Assembly (NCBI GenBank): GCA_964252035.1
Contig: OZ176210.1
Reading direction: 5' to 3' (one strand)
Length of the DNA: 64,000 bases
Origin: Podarcis erhardii
Lineage: Eukaryota
Part shown: positions 35,658 through 50,661 of the stretch, in pieces
Numbering within the stretch: the stretch's first letter is position 1
Layout: each line of letters starts with the position of its first letter
Program-made: the position numbers and the translations under genes
Notes under the pieces: generated by a model
Told to the model about the DNA's origin: nothing
Databases searched by the model: none
What the model saw: only the letters and a program-made list of their open reading frames with translations

Positions 35658-36017
35658 GGGACGCGGTTGACGCTGTTGGTTAAACCACAGAGCCTAGGAC
35701 TTGCCGATCAGAAGGTCAGCCGTTCGAATCCCCGCAACGGGGTGAGCTCCCGTTCCTCGGTCCCTGCTCCTGCCAACCAACCTAGCAGTTCAAAAGCACG
35801 TCAAAGTGCAAGTAGATAAATAGGTACTGCTCTGGCGGGAAGGTAAACAGCGTTTCCGCGTGCTGCTCTGGTTTGCCAGAAGGGGCTTAGTCATGCTGGC
35901 CACATGACCCGTAAGCTGTACGCCGGCTCCCTCAGCCAATAAAGCGAGATGAGCGCCGCAACCCCAGAGTTGGTCATGACTGGACCTAATGGTCAGGGGT
36001 CTCTTTACCTTTACCTT
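35658..36017 (+). mobile_element. Sauria SINE, full length
   Basis: Head, core and tail present; TSD taacacaaagaaaa / taacacagagaaaa. Confidence 0.92.
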
Positions 36018-36837
36018 TAACACAGAGAAAACACAAGCAGGGAGGCAGTGATCAAAGGGAAAGGAACAGAGGAAACCTGATGGAATTATATTATATACTA
36101 TTTGCAAACAATGCTTCCTGGGGGAAAATAATAAACTAAATATCAACCTTGTATCTGCACACTTACAAATATTTTTCCTTTCCTATGTAGGAAAATAAAA
36201 AAGGAAGGAAGGAAAGGAGGGAGTTCAAAAATAGAATTGGTATTAAAGACCACCCATTACAAAACAACTTTTCAAACTACATCTGGCTGACTCTAGAAAA
36301 CAGAGGTGCCCCCTCTGAAATAATAGTCAAGGAAATTCCTGAGGATGCTGTGAGTTGTAGTTCAAAACAGCTTGAGGATACCCAGCTGGCAAAGGCTGGT
36401 TTACATATTGTGGCCTCTCCCAAAGACTTATGAGAATTGTGCTTCTACAAAAGGGGTAAGACTCCTTTGTCAGAAAACAGTAGCGCCAAGTAACGATTAT
36501 ATGAAGGGGATGCCTTTTCTTATGGCTGTATCTCACCTTTTTCCAACATGGAAACCAAGGTGTTGCACATAGTCTGCATCCAACTAAATTATACCCACTG
36601 AAACTCATGAACCCAAGTCAGTCTTGGGTCTACTCTTGAGTAGGATTTACATTGCATAAATGTGTTTTCCAGGGGGTCACCTGGCTTTACTTCAGCAAGA
36701 CCGAAGTCTCATGTGCCTTCAGATCCAGAATAGCTGGACTTAGAGGTACAGGAAGGGTTACCTCAGTATCTAATGCTTTGCGGAAGTAGTTGGAAGTTTT
36801 CAGCACATCTTCTGTATTGGCAAACTTCAAACTAGAG

Positions 36838-36965
36838 ATCAGCCTTCTCCAACTTGGTGCCCTTCAGATGCTATCAAATGACTCCTATTATCCCTAACCT
36901 TGCTGGCTGGGACTGATGGGAATTGAACAATAGTTTCTAGAGGGCCCAGGTTGCAGAAGGCTACC
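36838..36965. mobile_element. old hAT-like MITE
   Basis: cagccttctccaac / gttgcagaaggct termini. Confidence 0.6.
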
Positions 36966-37867
36966 ATAGATCATAGAATTGTAGAGTTGGAAGGGAACCC
37001 AAGGGAACAACCGTTTATGTAACTAAAGACTGCACACAAACCACCCACCTAAAGCACACTTCAACAGCCTCCTGCCCTGAATCCTGAGAGCCGTAGTTGA
37101 CTTCTGACAGAGCTAAAATTCCCAGCACCCTTAACAAACTGCAGTTCCCAAGATTCTCTTTTGGAAAAGGATGAAACATGCTTTATAATGGATGGTGCAT
37201 ACACAGCCTAAACCAGACAACAGGATCCTGGCAAGGAGGAAAAGGTGGGACATCATGAAAATATTTCGCCAGATGATGAGCAAAGCTGCAAAGTCCCATT
37301 TACTAGTTTAATTGGAACCAGGAGGAAGAGCCTTCCCTGGGCTGGTGACAGAGTGGCAATACTTTGGACTGGTGGCCAAGTTACACATTTCTGAACACAG
37401 GGCAGCCTGTGGTGGCATTACAGCTGCATGAGCTAGGCCTGACAGGCCTGCTCTGAAGTCAGAGATATTTATGGATCAGGGTCTCTTTGGTGATGCAGAG
37501 TATAAAATGTTGTCGTATCAACAAGGGTGGGGATGACAGAGCATCAGTGTGGAACAGAAGGGCTCTGGCAGCCATTCCACAGAAACAAGTTCCTGTCTAG
37601 CAGAGTTCCTTTTTTCTTGCTGCAGCTGTTGAAATACCAAGCAGAGAAATCTCCTGGGCTACTGAAGCACTCCCCTGTCCCAGCTTCTAAAGACGAGACG
37701 TGCTTTCCTCCAAGCTGCTTTCCTCCAGTCAAGACGCGTTGTCATCAGGAGATCAGTGGGAGACATTTGGCATTGCAACCTGCTCAAAACATTGGCTGGC
37801 AAGAAAGAAATCTATGGATTTTTATTACGATGATCCGCTCCTTCCTCTCCATGGACAAAGGTATTCA

Positions 37868-38009
37868 GATCATAGAATCATAGAATCGGAAGGCAACACA
37901 AGTCATCTAGTCCAACCCCTTGCAATGCAAGAATCTTTTGCCCAGCGTGGGGCTTGAACCCACAATCCTGAGATTAAACGTCTCATGCTCTACCAGCTGA
38001 GCTATCCCA
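37868..38009 (-). mobile_element. SINE with tRNA-Lys-like head and CR1 3' tail
   Basis: Minus strand gatagctcagctggtagagcatgagacgtttaatctcaggattgtgggttcaagccccacgctgggc followed by cttgcattgcaaggggttggactagatgac...attctatgattctatga. Confidence 0.85.
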
Positions 38010-38849
38010 CATCAATAAACTTTGCTGAATCTTTTGTATCCTTTGAGCTATGAGGAGATTCCTCTTGACAGCTGTGGTAGGCAAACCCTGGTAGGATTTG
38101 TTGCCTGCAAAACCTCGGGAAAATTAAATTCCAAACGATGACTGAGGTTTGGAATGGGCTGAAGTATTCTCTCCTGTGTAAATGAAACCCATTCCGTCTC
38201 ATGCATGCAGACAGGAAAGACAGACAGATGAACATACATGCACTGCATAGACAGAGCTTATTAAGGAAAGCCAATTCTTTCACATAATGTTTCCCTAAGA
38301 TGTCATCAAAATATGAATGAGGCTTGTGCATTGTCACACTTACTTTAAGCTTCTAGCGCTTTTAGAGGAGACATTCCATTGTTCAAAAACCTCTCTGGTT
38401 TAGTGCAATCCACAGCACACTTAATAGGAAGAAAGCCCCTTGATGCAGTAGACCTCACTGCCTAGAACTGCTTCGTTAGCATTCTTCTGCTATGTTTACC
38501 TTTATTAATTCTGCAGTTTAGCATGAAAACATATGCATAAAGCAGGGAGGAAAAGCACTTGCATAGCAGGGATGAGGAATCCCTAGCCCTCCAATTGTTG
38601 CAGGACTACAACTGTGATCTTTGTAGCCCTGCTGGCTGAGGCTGGTGGGAGTAGGAATCCCTCATCGGACTTTCCAGAATATGAATCTTGAGTTTGCCAT
38701 GTGGTTTTGAGAAGGGAGACAGGAAAACCCCAAACATAAACAACTTGTCACCTGGAACAGCTTCTTTGTGGGCTGATTTACACTGCAGTCTTCACCTTCA
38801 GAAGCACGCAGGGAACGTAACTAGGCTGCATTAATGCCTTATTTGTAAT

Positions 38850-38902
38850 AATAATAATTATTATTATTTATACCCCACCCATGTGGGGCAGCTCCCAACA
38901 GA

Positions 38903-38951
<49 letters not shown>

Positions 38952-39153
38952 TGACAAAACATCGAGCATTAAAAACTTCCCTATACAGGGCTGCTGTAAG
39001 GTGCTTATTTCCTTGACATCTGATGGGAGGGCGTTCCACAGGACGGGCGCCACCACAGAGAAGGCCCTCTGCTTGGTTCCCTGTAACCTCGCTTCTCGCA
39101 GTGAGGGAACCGCCAGAAGGCCCTCAGAGCTGAACCTCAGTGTCTGGGCTGAA
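38850..39153 (-). mobile_element. L2 LINE 3' end with expanded (AAT)n
   Basis: RAFSVVAPVLWNALPSDVKEI; same family as 15970. Confidence 0.88.
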
Positions 39154-39480
39154 CAAGCCAAAAGCCAACACCTCGGAAGTAGGGGCTGCTGCTGAGTTAA
39201 TGGATGGGCAGGTCTCACATGGAGATGACACTTATGAAAGCTTTTGTCTCCACGCTGGGTTTCTATACATGCCCACCATGAACTGAGCACTTCTAATATT
39301 GTTAGCATCTCTCTTGCCTCTTGGTCCAGGGGCAGCCATTAGTATTTAAACTCAGTGCAAAATTGACTAGAGGAACTTGGGTTGTTTCCCAGTAACCAAG
39401 GAAGGCTTCATCCCAGTCATAAGCAAGTTTCAGCACCAACGGGTGTTTTTACTTCCCTCTCAAGCAACAGATATCAAAAA

Positions 39481-39648
39481 NNNNNNNNNNNNNNNNNNNN
39501 NNNNNNNNNNNNNNNNNNNNNNNNNNNNNNNNNNNNNNNNNNNNNNNNNNNNNNNNNNNNNNNNNNNNNNNNNNNNNNNNNNNNNNNNNNNNNNNNNNNN
39601 NNNNNNNNNNNNNNNNNNNNNNNNNNNNNNNNNNNNNNNNNNNNNNNN
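39481..39648. other. assembly gap (168 N)
   Basis: N run. Confidence 1.
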
Positions 39649-41670
39649 AATACAACCTTTTTCCCCTAGTATAATAAATAAAATGGAGAGCATGAAACAA
39701 GTTCCCCCCCTCTAAACAAACAAAATCTACAAACATACTTCTAGCATGTTCTCTAACAAAGGGAACAAGAGACACGGGACAACTTTTGCACCAAAATGTT
39801 AAAAAAAAAATGCTTTTAAAAGCACAAGGGTACAGAACCATCAGCTAAAATAAAGGACACTATACTGTAACCAAAGTTGGTAATAACAGTAATAATAATA
39901 TAATGAACAGTTTGGTAGTTAGATCTCCAGTTTGGTTATTTTAAAGCATTAAGACAAGGCAAGATAGAAGGCTGCTTTCTTTTGNNNNNNNNNNNNNNNN
40001 NNNNNNNNNNNNNNNNNNNNNNNNNNNNNNNNNNNNNNNNNNNNNNNNNNNNNNNNNNNNNNNNNNNNNNNNNNNNNNNNNNNNNNNNNNNNNNNNNNNN
40101 NNNNNNNNNNNNNNNNNNNNNNNNNNNNNNNNNNNNNNNNNNNNNNNNNNNNNNNNNNNNNNNNNNNNNNNNNNNNNNNNNNNNNNNNNNNNNNNNNNNN
40201 NNNNNNNNNNNNNNNNNNNNAGGCAAACTTCTACCTCACAGTTGCCACTTGTGAACTAACCACAGTGGGTATGAACCACATGGGAAACTGGCCATTTGCA
40301 GCGTCCGGCCGCATGGCAAGGCAATTTTTACGGCACAACTCTTTTTTCCCTGTTGTGTTTGGATCAAGACCAGCAGTTTTAAAAAAATGTAACCTTACCA
40401 ATGGCCAGGTGCTACACGTGGCCAGGACGTCACACAGGTTTCGTGCACACCTTGTTAAGTTTACAAGTAGCGGCAATGTAGGGGCGACGTTATCTGTAGC
40501 CATCCTCTGTGTGAAAAAGGGATATTTAAGTTTTCTAGGCTAGGAGGCACAAACCCCAAATCTGGCATACTGTATGTATTCTTAATGCTAAGGCTTGCTG
40601 CTCTGGCTGTGTTGTCCCCTCTTGACTAGAGTACCTGTTACAAGCACGCAAGTGTGGATACATACATATGTATATATGCATACACTCGCCTGTATAAATA
40701 TATATATATGTATAAAATTCTCCCCAATTTCCATCCAACAATTCAATCCAAAAAGGTGGCTCTGCATAGATGCCCAGCATATTCAGTTCATCACCTGAGC
40801 CAGCCCTGAAGCTGGGCGCACTTTAGTCTTTTCCAATACGTTTCCTTGTTTGTTTAAAAACCAAGCTACTGCAGCTTCAAGTATTTTGCATTATAGGTTT
40901 TTTTTTTCTTTTTTCTTTATAAATTAGTTAATGTTATATTTTATTCTCAATATTCCGACATATAGTATAATATATATATATATACAGTACAATAAATGCT
41001 CTCATTCTTTTTAATTTTATTTTCCAGATAAATCCCTGAGAATGTATGTTGACAGTCGCTAAGTTTCCACATGCACAAGCATTGTGTGCCATGCTTCTGG
41101 ATGAACAAGCACTGCAAAGCCACGTGGGTCAGCCTTTGAAACTATTTAGTTATTTGTGTGGTTGGGTTGGTTGGTTCATTTAAATAAGCTGAAATGTCAG
41201 GATGAGTTACAAAGGAGTAAAGCTGGAGCCATTCGAGGTACTTATCACAGGATGGAGGTGTTTGTTTGGTTTTGTATTTTTTTTAAAGCCATTGCAATAT
41301 ATTTCTCTTTTTTTTTGTTTTGAGGCTGTGAACATATACAGAAAGAACAGGAGAGCTCTGTGGGCTTTTGCCACTTGACAACATATACTCAGTGTAAACC
41401 AAACTTTTTATTTTTTTTAAGCCTCTCAATCTCTCTCATACGAAAACAGAAAAGGAAAGGGGAAGAGAGAGGAAAAAAACGACACACAAACTTTCACAAC
41501 GTGACAATTTAGTTTTGCAAACTCAGTATATAACTATACACATATAATACCGGTGTGGCTCTGTTTTAAGTTAAAAAGGATACAAAGGCAGGCTCAAGTA
41601 AAAACATACCACCCTCCCAATGCTCCCCCCCACAACCCAACCCACCCCCCATTCACACACATTTTTATTG
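39649..41670 (-). other. ZSWIM6: ZSWIM6 3' UTR (distal end uncertain)
   Basis: About 2 kb AU-rich tract with no recognisable transposon directly after the stop codon; interrupted by the N-gap at 39985-40220. Confidence 0.65.
39985..40220. other. assembly gap (236 N)
   Basis: N run. Confidence 1.
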
Positions 41671-42732
<1,062 letters not shown>

Positions 42733-42755
42733 CTATGAGCAACGTTGGTTCTTAT

Positions 42756-43002
42756 TACAGTGGTACCTCAAGGTTAAGAACTTAATTCGTTCTGGAGGTC
42801 CGTTCTTAACCTGAAACTGTTCTTAACCTGAAGCACCACTTTAGCTAATGGGGCCTCCCGCTGCCGCCATGCCACTGGAGCACGATTTCTGTTCTCATCC
42901 TGAAGCAAAGTTCTTAACCCGACATACTATTTCTGGGTTAGCGGAGTCTGTAACTTGAAGCGTATGTAACCTGAAGCATATGTTACCCAAGGTACCACTG
43001 TA
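42756..43002 (+). mobile_element. Tc1/mariner-type MITE, family A (last intron of ZSWIM6)
   Basis: TA|CAGTGGTACC...GGTACCACTG|TA. Confidence 0.9.
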
Positions 43003-43029
43003 CTTTAGCCTGCACACCTCATTTGGAAG

Positions 43030-43150
43030 CAGGGGTGCCAACTTGAATAAAATATGGGGGGGGCAGGTACACCCCACTCCACATAATTGATCATGTTATG
43101 TTGTGCATGCACACCATTTAAATGGCAATGCCCATCAACTTTGGGGGGCT
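43030..43150. mobile_element. short MITE-like element (caggggtgccaac start)
   Basis: hAT-like 5' terminus; other end unclear. Confidence 0.45.
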
Positions 43151-44899
43151 GAAGATCCCTTGGCCCCTATCTTTGGAAGTGATGAAAACTAGATTGAGAA
43201 TCCCAATGATACGGCTCCAAGAAAGATTAGCGTACCAAGACAACACACTGCTATGCAGTTTGTGTGTACAAACTGCCCCCCCCCCTGCAAGCCTGAGTGT
43301 GTGTGGCCCATTCCCAAAATGTCCCAACGCTCAATGTATTTCCCTCCTAAAGAACTAACACTCCCTTCCATGGAAAAAAAAAGGAAGTCAAAACTGAACT
43401 GGATATAACCCCAGCAGGAAAATAGAAATCTCTGTCCTTAAAGGCAACATCTTCATCCAGAGTCACTACCAGCCTTCCGATCTGAAATGTGCAGGTTTCT
43501 TTAGTACCCTTTTGTTGCTCTTGCGAGGGCGAACAATGACTGATGGGCTTCATAAATTGAAGCTTATAGGCAGCTTGAGTGCCTCATTATTACTCAAAGT
43601 AATTTGCACACATCTGTGCACTCATCTAACCACACCCAGAGGTCCTTATTTTGCTCAGTTGGGCCCTGCTGTACTATAATGCATGCATACACATACCCCC
43701 TCCTTTCCCAATACTAGGCACTGAGGCCATCCACTCAATGCCAGGCCTTCATTTACATAAACAAACATGTCCCTCATTTACAAACTTCCTAGAGTCTCAG
43801 AGGTGATCTTTGCTTGACATTACAGCTTCCTTATGGAAGCTATACATATATATGCTAATGTACAGCGGAATAAAAAAGCAATTTGCTTGCCAATAGTTAA
43901 CTGAGCAAAACACACTTGCCCTCTAATATCTAGAACTCAATCTAGGTTTCAATTAACTTGGCCAAGACAAACATGCTATTAAAAAAGAGAAAGAGAGAGG
44001 ATGCAAATTTGCTGATAGCATCGCTTGATAGGAGAGCAAAGAATAGTAAACTCAACAGACACAGGGAAAATGCAATCCTGACCACTAAGTGTTGAAGTGA
44101 TGTAGAAAATCTGCTTGGGGAACAGCACCCATCTTCATAAAACCAGTAACAGAATACAGATTGGGTTTTCCTTTCCAGTTTCTCAGAAAGTAATGGCACT
44201 CTACACTCCTGCACAAGTCTGTTGGTGGCCAAATTTGAAAGCTGCAAACCATAAAGCAGCCGTGAGTAACAGATAAAATTAGGAATACAGCCAAAGGTTT
44301 GGACAAATCAGTTTATGATTTTAGAAGACACACTGAAAGGAGTGAGAAAAAGAGAGGCATGCATGATCGATGTGGCATTTAAGAGAACATGTAGCTCTCT
44401 AAAAAGTTATTTAATTTGAAAAACTTTGTAGATAACTTTACTGTTCTTGTGAATGCACAACCACTAGGACACTACTGGCACTTCATAATTTGCTCTAAAT
44501 TTGGGAGACTATGAGGGGAATGCCTTTCTCCTGCCTCCTTGACACAATTCATATAAGGGAACACTTTTCAGCTTCTATCCTTATATAAATTCCTGCAAAG
44601 GAGGTTCCCAATCTTTTATTTGGGGACATAGCAACTAAGGTTAAGCTACTTCCTTCAGGTGGCTGCATTCCTCTGTCTGTTTGGGATCTCCTGCATAGAG
44701 CTCAGGCTCTCTTGCTGAGGACAGTTTAAGTTTTGTACTCTCAGTTCATGTCAGTGTAGCATTACTGCACAGAGACAGGTAAATTTAAAAAAAAAATAAA
44801 CAAAAACCTAGATACATATTTGATGTAGAAGTACCCAGGTTCTTCTTGGAAGAGCAGCATATAGAGACCATCTTGGCTGCGAGTCCTGGAAGACCTGCT

Positions 44900-45387
<488 letters not shown>

Positions 45388-45865
45388 TTAGGGAGATTCA
45401 AGACTAAAACTATAGCATAGAGTTGTCACAATGCAAGAAAAATGAGAATACGCATTGCTTAGAAATTAGTCAAAAGGGGCACTTTGGAGTCTCTCCATCA
45501 GCTCTGCCGTAAGAAAGAGAAGCATTTCTTACACATCTTAAGTGTTTGAGAGAGGAAAACATTACATCCAGAAAGCAGCTTCTCTGGGCTACAGGCTCCC
45601 TGACTTCCCCAGGCTAACCCACTTATAATCTAATAACGTGGAAATTCTGGATTTCCCCCAGAAACTCCAACTGCTATGATGCCAAAGGTAAGTAAGGAAC
45701 AGGGAGGATTCCCAGTCTTCCTCTCTGTATCCCCAAGCTGAACTAGGGTGAGCAGATCCTTGGACATTTTGGAACCAATTCCCTGGTAATCTGCTTTTCT
45801 CCCAGTGTGCCGGGAGATCCAAACTATTCTGGAGATATGCAAGCAGTTACGCATCTAAAGATAAA

Positions 45866-46162
45866 TACAGTGGTGCCCCGCAAGACGAAAAGAATCTGTT
45901 CCGCGAGTCTCTTCGTCTTGCGGTTTTTTCGTCTTGCGAAGCAACCCTATTAGCGGCAAAGCGGCAAAGCGGCTATTAGCGGCTTAGCAACTTAGAAAAG
46001 GGGGGGGAGCAAAAAAAATCACAAGACTTGCAAGACGTTTTCGTCTTGTGAAGCAAGCCCATAGAGAAATTCGTCTTGCGAAGCGCCTCGAAAAATGGAA
46101 AACCCTTTCGTCTAGCGGGTTTTTCGTCTTGCGAGGCATTCGTCTTGCGGGGCACCACTGTA
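45866..46162. mobile_element. Tc1/mariner-type MITE, family C
   Basis: TA TSD; perfect 22 bp TIR cagtggtgccccgcaagacgaa; about 7 internal TTCGTCTTGCG-like repeats. Confidence 0.92.
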
Positions 46163-46804
46163 TCATAACCTTAAATAGCAGTAGTTCTTACCTTTTTCAA
46201 TATCGCAGACTGCTGCTCTACTTTGCCTATTCTTTGCAATCCACCACATTTTATGGTTACTGCGTGGAAGGCTTCCAAAGAACTGAATACTCTGTGTTCC
46301 AATGCAGCTGGACTACGTACTCTAACATAATTGTTTCCTGGATTGTCAGCTGAGATAGTAACATCCACACAAATTGAGCAAAATCTACCTACTACCTAGT
46401 AATATTTAATATACTCCCTCACTCTATGGCTTTGCATTCAGTGCAGCTGCACCATGAGCAGAGCATTAAGTGGTATTTTGCCACCATTTCTTTGGAAGAG
46501 TTAGTCAGCATTTAGGTCTATTTTATGTGTGCCTCACACAGTGTAGACTACAGTTCAAGAATCACTGCATTAGAGCACTGATCTAACAAAGGAAAGGTGT
46601 CCATTAGGCCTGGATGATATATCTCCCAGGACCAGTATGTGGGGGCAGACTGCGATGACAGCATCACTCAGCGGCATATCACTGGTGAAACCGTCACCGC
46701 TCGAGTCCCTCTGCCTCCATCGCCCAGTGCGCTGAGGGAGAAATAAACTAACTGGGAGCTGGAGGCAGTGGAACTCAAGCGGCGGCAGCTTCACCAGCTA
46801 TATA

Positions 46805-47155
46805 AGGTAAAGGTAAAGGGACCCCTGACCATTAGGTCCAGTCGTGGCCGACTTTGGGGTTGTGGCGCTCATCTTGCTTTACTGGCCGAGGGAGCCGGCG
46901 TAGAGCTTCCGGGTCATGTGGCCAGCATGACTAAGCTGCTTCTGGCGAACCAGAGCAGCGCACGGAAACGCCGCTTACCTTCCCGCCGGAGCAGTACCTA
47001 TTTATCTACTTGCGCTTTGACGTGCTTTCGAACTGCTAGGTTGGCAGGAGCAGGGACCGAGCAACGGGAGCTCACCCCGTCGCGGGGATTTGAACTGCGG
47101 ACCTTCTGATCGGTCCTAGGCTCTGTGGTTTAACCCACAGCGCCACCCGCGTCCC
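46805..47155 (-). mobile_element. Sauria SINE, young and full length
   Basis: Perfect 15 bp TSD ttcaccagctatata at 46790-46804 and 47158-47172; CpGs retained. Confidence 0.95.
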
Positions 47156-47270
47156 ATTTCACCAGCTATATACTACTGGTGAAACAGCCATTGCACTCTG
47201 CCTTGGCAGAGGGAGAATCAAGCTGAATCAGTGAGGTGCCTATACAGCTTGTTCCTTCCTCTGCTTCTTT

Positions 47271-48030
47271 AAACTGCTTGGCTGAGGAGCATGCAGCTGT
47301 CCTTGCCTCAGCCAAGCAGTTTTATGGAGCCAGCGGTGGGATGGGGGCTCTGTTTAAGTGAACGCAAGTAGGAGTGAGATTGGGGCCGCTCAGCTGGGGA
47401 GCATGAAGCTTCCACTTCCCGCCTGGCTGCCTTCTCTGGGAGGGTATGTGGAGCCCACCCTCCTGGTGGAAGGCAGCCAGGCGGTGTAGGGGCTCTTTGA
47501 TGCTGCTGGCGGCCCCTCTCTGCAAGGCGTGGAAAGGGTGGGCTTTGCACCCTGCACCTGTTGGATTTCCTCTGGGAGGGTGGGCTGTGTCCTTCTTCCT
47601 GGGGTGAACAAGCCCCCCACCAGAGGAAAGAGACAGTGCACCTGCACGGGCGAAGGCGAAGGCAGTCCAATTCACAAAGCCTGACAGGTTCTGTGTGCTT
47701 GGCTACTGTTGCTTGGTCCGTCTGCAGGAAGTGGGGGGCAAGCAGGCAAGGTTGCTCACCTCCCCCCCCCACACACCAGCAAAGGCAGAAGGAGCTTGGT
47801 CAAGGAGCCCCAAGTCCTTACGGCTCCAGCACAGGGGAATCAGGGCTGGCTCCACAAGGGGCAGCTCTCCCACCCCCAGCAGAGCCTGGTCAAGGGGCCT
47901 CGGGACTCACGCAACTGGGTGCAGGAGCCTTTCCCCCCCCCCCCCCCCGTTTTTTTCTACAACGTGCTATATTGCCAAACCGCAGTGTGTGGCTGGCGAT
48001 ACACCATGATGCTGAAAACCAGCCTTAGTG
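47271..48030. mobile_element. GC-rich, hairpin-rich segment, probably a DNA-transposon derivative
   Basis: Several internal inverted repeats and shared ctctgggagggt motifs; ends not resolved. Confidence 0.45.
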
Positions 48031-48410
48031 TCCATACTTCTGAGGGTTGAGGGTTTCAGATGTCTAGTTCTAGGACTGGATCGGAGCACATTTCAAAAGC
48101 AGCCACACAATTTATACATGCTGTGTCTGTCAGCCTGTGTGCTTCTTTAATACCAAGAATACAAGGTCAATCTACTGATACGTCATACAACTTGTAACAG
48201 CAGGGCACCTTTTTTTTTTTTAAGCCAGCTAAGTGAAAAAGTAATAAAGATTTTCCATTTAATTCCCTTTGCCATGCCATCTGGTATAGCAATAGAACAA
48301 GAAGAGCTCACCGACCATGGATGAGTAGGAAAAGTTCGTTATAAACTGGTTGTGCCAAGAAGACATGTTCAAAATTGATCCAAGGTTTTATAGTATCTTA
48401 CTGAAGATTA

Positions 48411-48701
<291 letters not shown>

Positions 48702-48719
48702 TTATCTCCATACCATCTG

Positions 48720-49590
48720 AAGCAGATGCAAGTTGTGATGGTGCTGAACCAGTGCCTGGAGGTGACAGTGGACTAGATGAGAGCCTACAAACTGGAGCTA
48801 AATCCTTAGGAAATGGAGCTGCGGTTGGTAGACACTACTCATGTCCAAGAAACTTCCATCTGGCCTGCTTTAGGTCAAGCCGCACTCCCCCTGAAGAAGC
48901 AGGTGCGTAGTTTGGAGCTGCTCTTCGTTTCAACTGTGTCACTGGAGGCCCACATGGTTTCAGTGACAAGGTGTGTCAATTTGCAGCTCCATCGAGTTCA
49001 CCGGCATAGTTTGACCACACAGTTTTGCAGTCTCTGGCAACTGCTCGTCAACGTGTTCTGTGTAGGGTTATATTTGAAAATGGTCTGGAATTTGCAGCTG
49101 TATGCAGAGTGCTGTTACTAGAGCACTGGTTGGTACTTAGCTGTGCAGCAATATAACACCTATCTTGCAGGATCGACATTAGCTGCTTATACATTACTGG
49201 GCTCAGTTGAAAGGTGCTGATGTTAACATGCGAAGTCCTGAATGACTTGGGACCTAGGTACGTTGATGCAAAGTTTCTATCCACAGCAGTCTTCCTATGT
49301 TTTGAGACAGTACAGGGGGCCATTTTTTTAATCCCACCAGCAAATGTTGCTCACTGTGTATGGATGGGGCAGTGCCTTCTCAGCAGTTATATCCCTGGTG
49401 TGGATCTCTCTTCCCTTAGACAGCTACATCACTGAACACACTTGTTTACAGAGGCTTAGAGAGGACTTGGTTAAGCCAGCTCTGCTTTTTACTGCGGTAC
49501 TGTTGCTGTCATTGTTTATTATATTTTATTTGTTTCAAATGCTGCATATTTTTACTGATCTATTATCTATCTACAAACAATGGAAATAAA
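48720..49590 (+). mobile_element. old L2 LINE, RT C-terminal region and 3' end
   Basis: VLNQCLEVTVD*MRAYKLELNP and ALPLKKQVRSL motifs. Confidence 0.8.
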
Positions 49591-50358
49591 TATTTCAAAG
49601 ACTTCCTTTGTGAACAGATACTAAACCCAACATTCTAGATCCATGTTTTCCATTTCTATAGGAATTCATCTATGTACCAAAATAAATCTGCTGCACACAC
49701 GTGAGCTGGACATGCCACATGGACAGCAAGTGATGTGCTTGTGTACATTTTATTTAGTACTGCTTCGGCTACTTAGTCTGGCTCACTGCGGATATATATG
49801 CTACACTTCCTCTTCCTCACTCTTCTGCTTCAGCAGAGCCAAGAGATCAAAAGCTTTTGCTTCCATACACAATTAACTGCATTTGAACCCTAAACTGTTG
49901 TTACTTGGTTAGCCTTAACTATATTTAAGGAAACACATCAATTTCATAAGTCATGGTTTTGAGACTAGTTTGTTTCTCTAAACCTTGGTTAAGATTAACC
50001 ACACTTTGTCAAGAGTTTGAATACAATGATCAACCGTGGATTAGTTAAACAGGGAAGTGGGAGCTTCCAATCTCCCCGCTTCCAACTGCACCAGAGGACG
50101 AGAAGGGAAAGGGGAGCTCATTCATGTAATAAGGGACTGTCCAGCTTTTTGGAAAAACCATTGTGGGCACCACAGACACACTGCAATCAAGTACAACACA
50201 ACTTATTCTATAGTCTGCCACAGAATGCTTCTTTCGAGTCTAATTTGAGCAGAGAGAAGAAACCCTGGGAGCACCAGGAAAGGCCCATGCAGACATTATG
50301 TATACCCATTAGCACCACATTGGTGAACAAGACTAATATAAACTCATGTATATAGTCA

Positions 50359-50661
<303 letters not shown>

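Noticed and set aside
40231-40238. let-7 seed match CTACCTCA
   Set aside because: On the plus strand, antisense to the ZSWIM6 mRNA
39377-40254. ORFs spanning N runs
   Set aside because: Artefacts of assembly gaps
45866-46162. CRISPR-like or tandem array of TTCGTCTTGCG
   Set aside because: Irregular spacing inside a TIR- and TA-bounded MITE in a vertebrate genome
47308-48050. Several overlapping 85-155 aa ORFs
   Set aside because: Expected in GC-rich repeat-derived DNA; low-complexity translations on both strands
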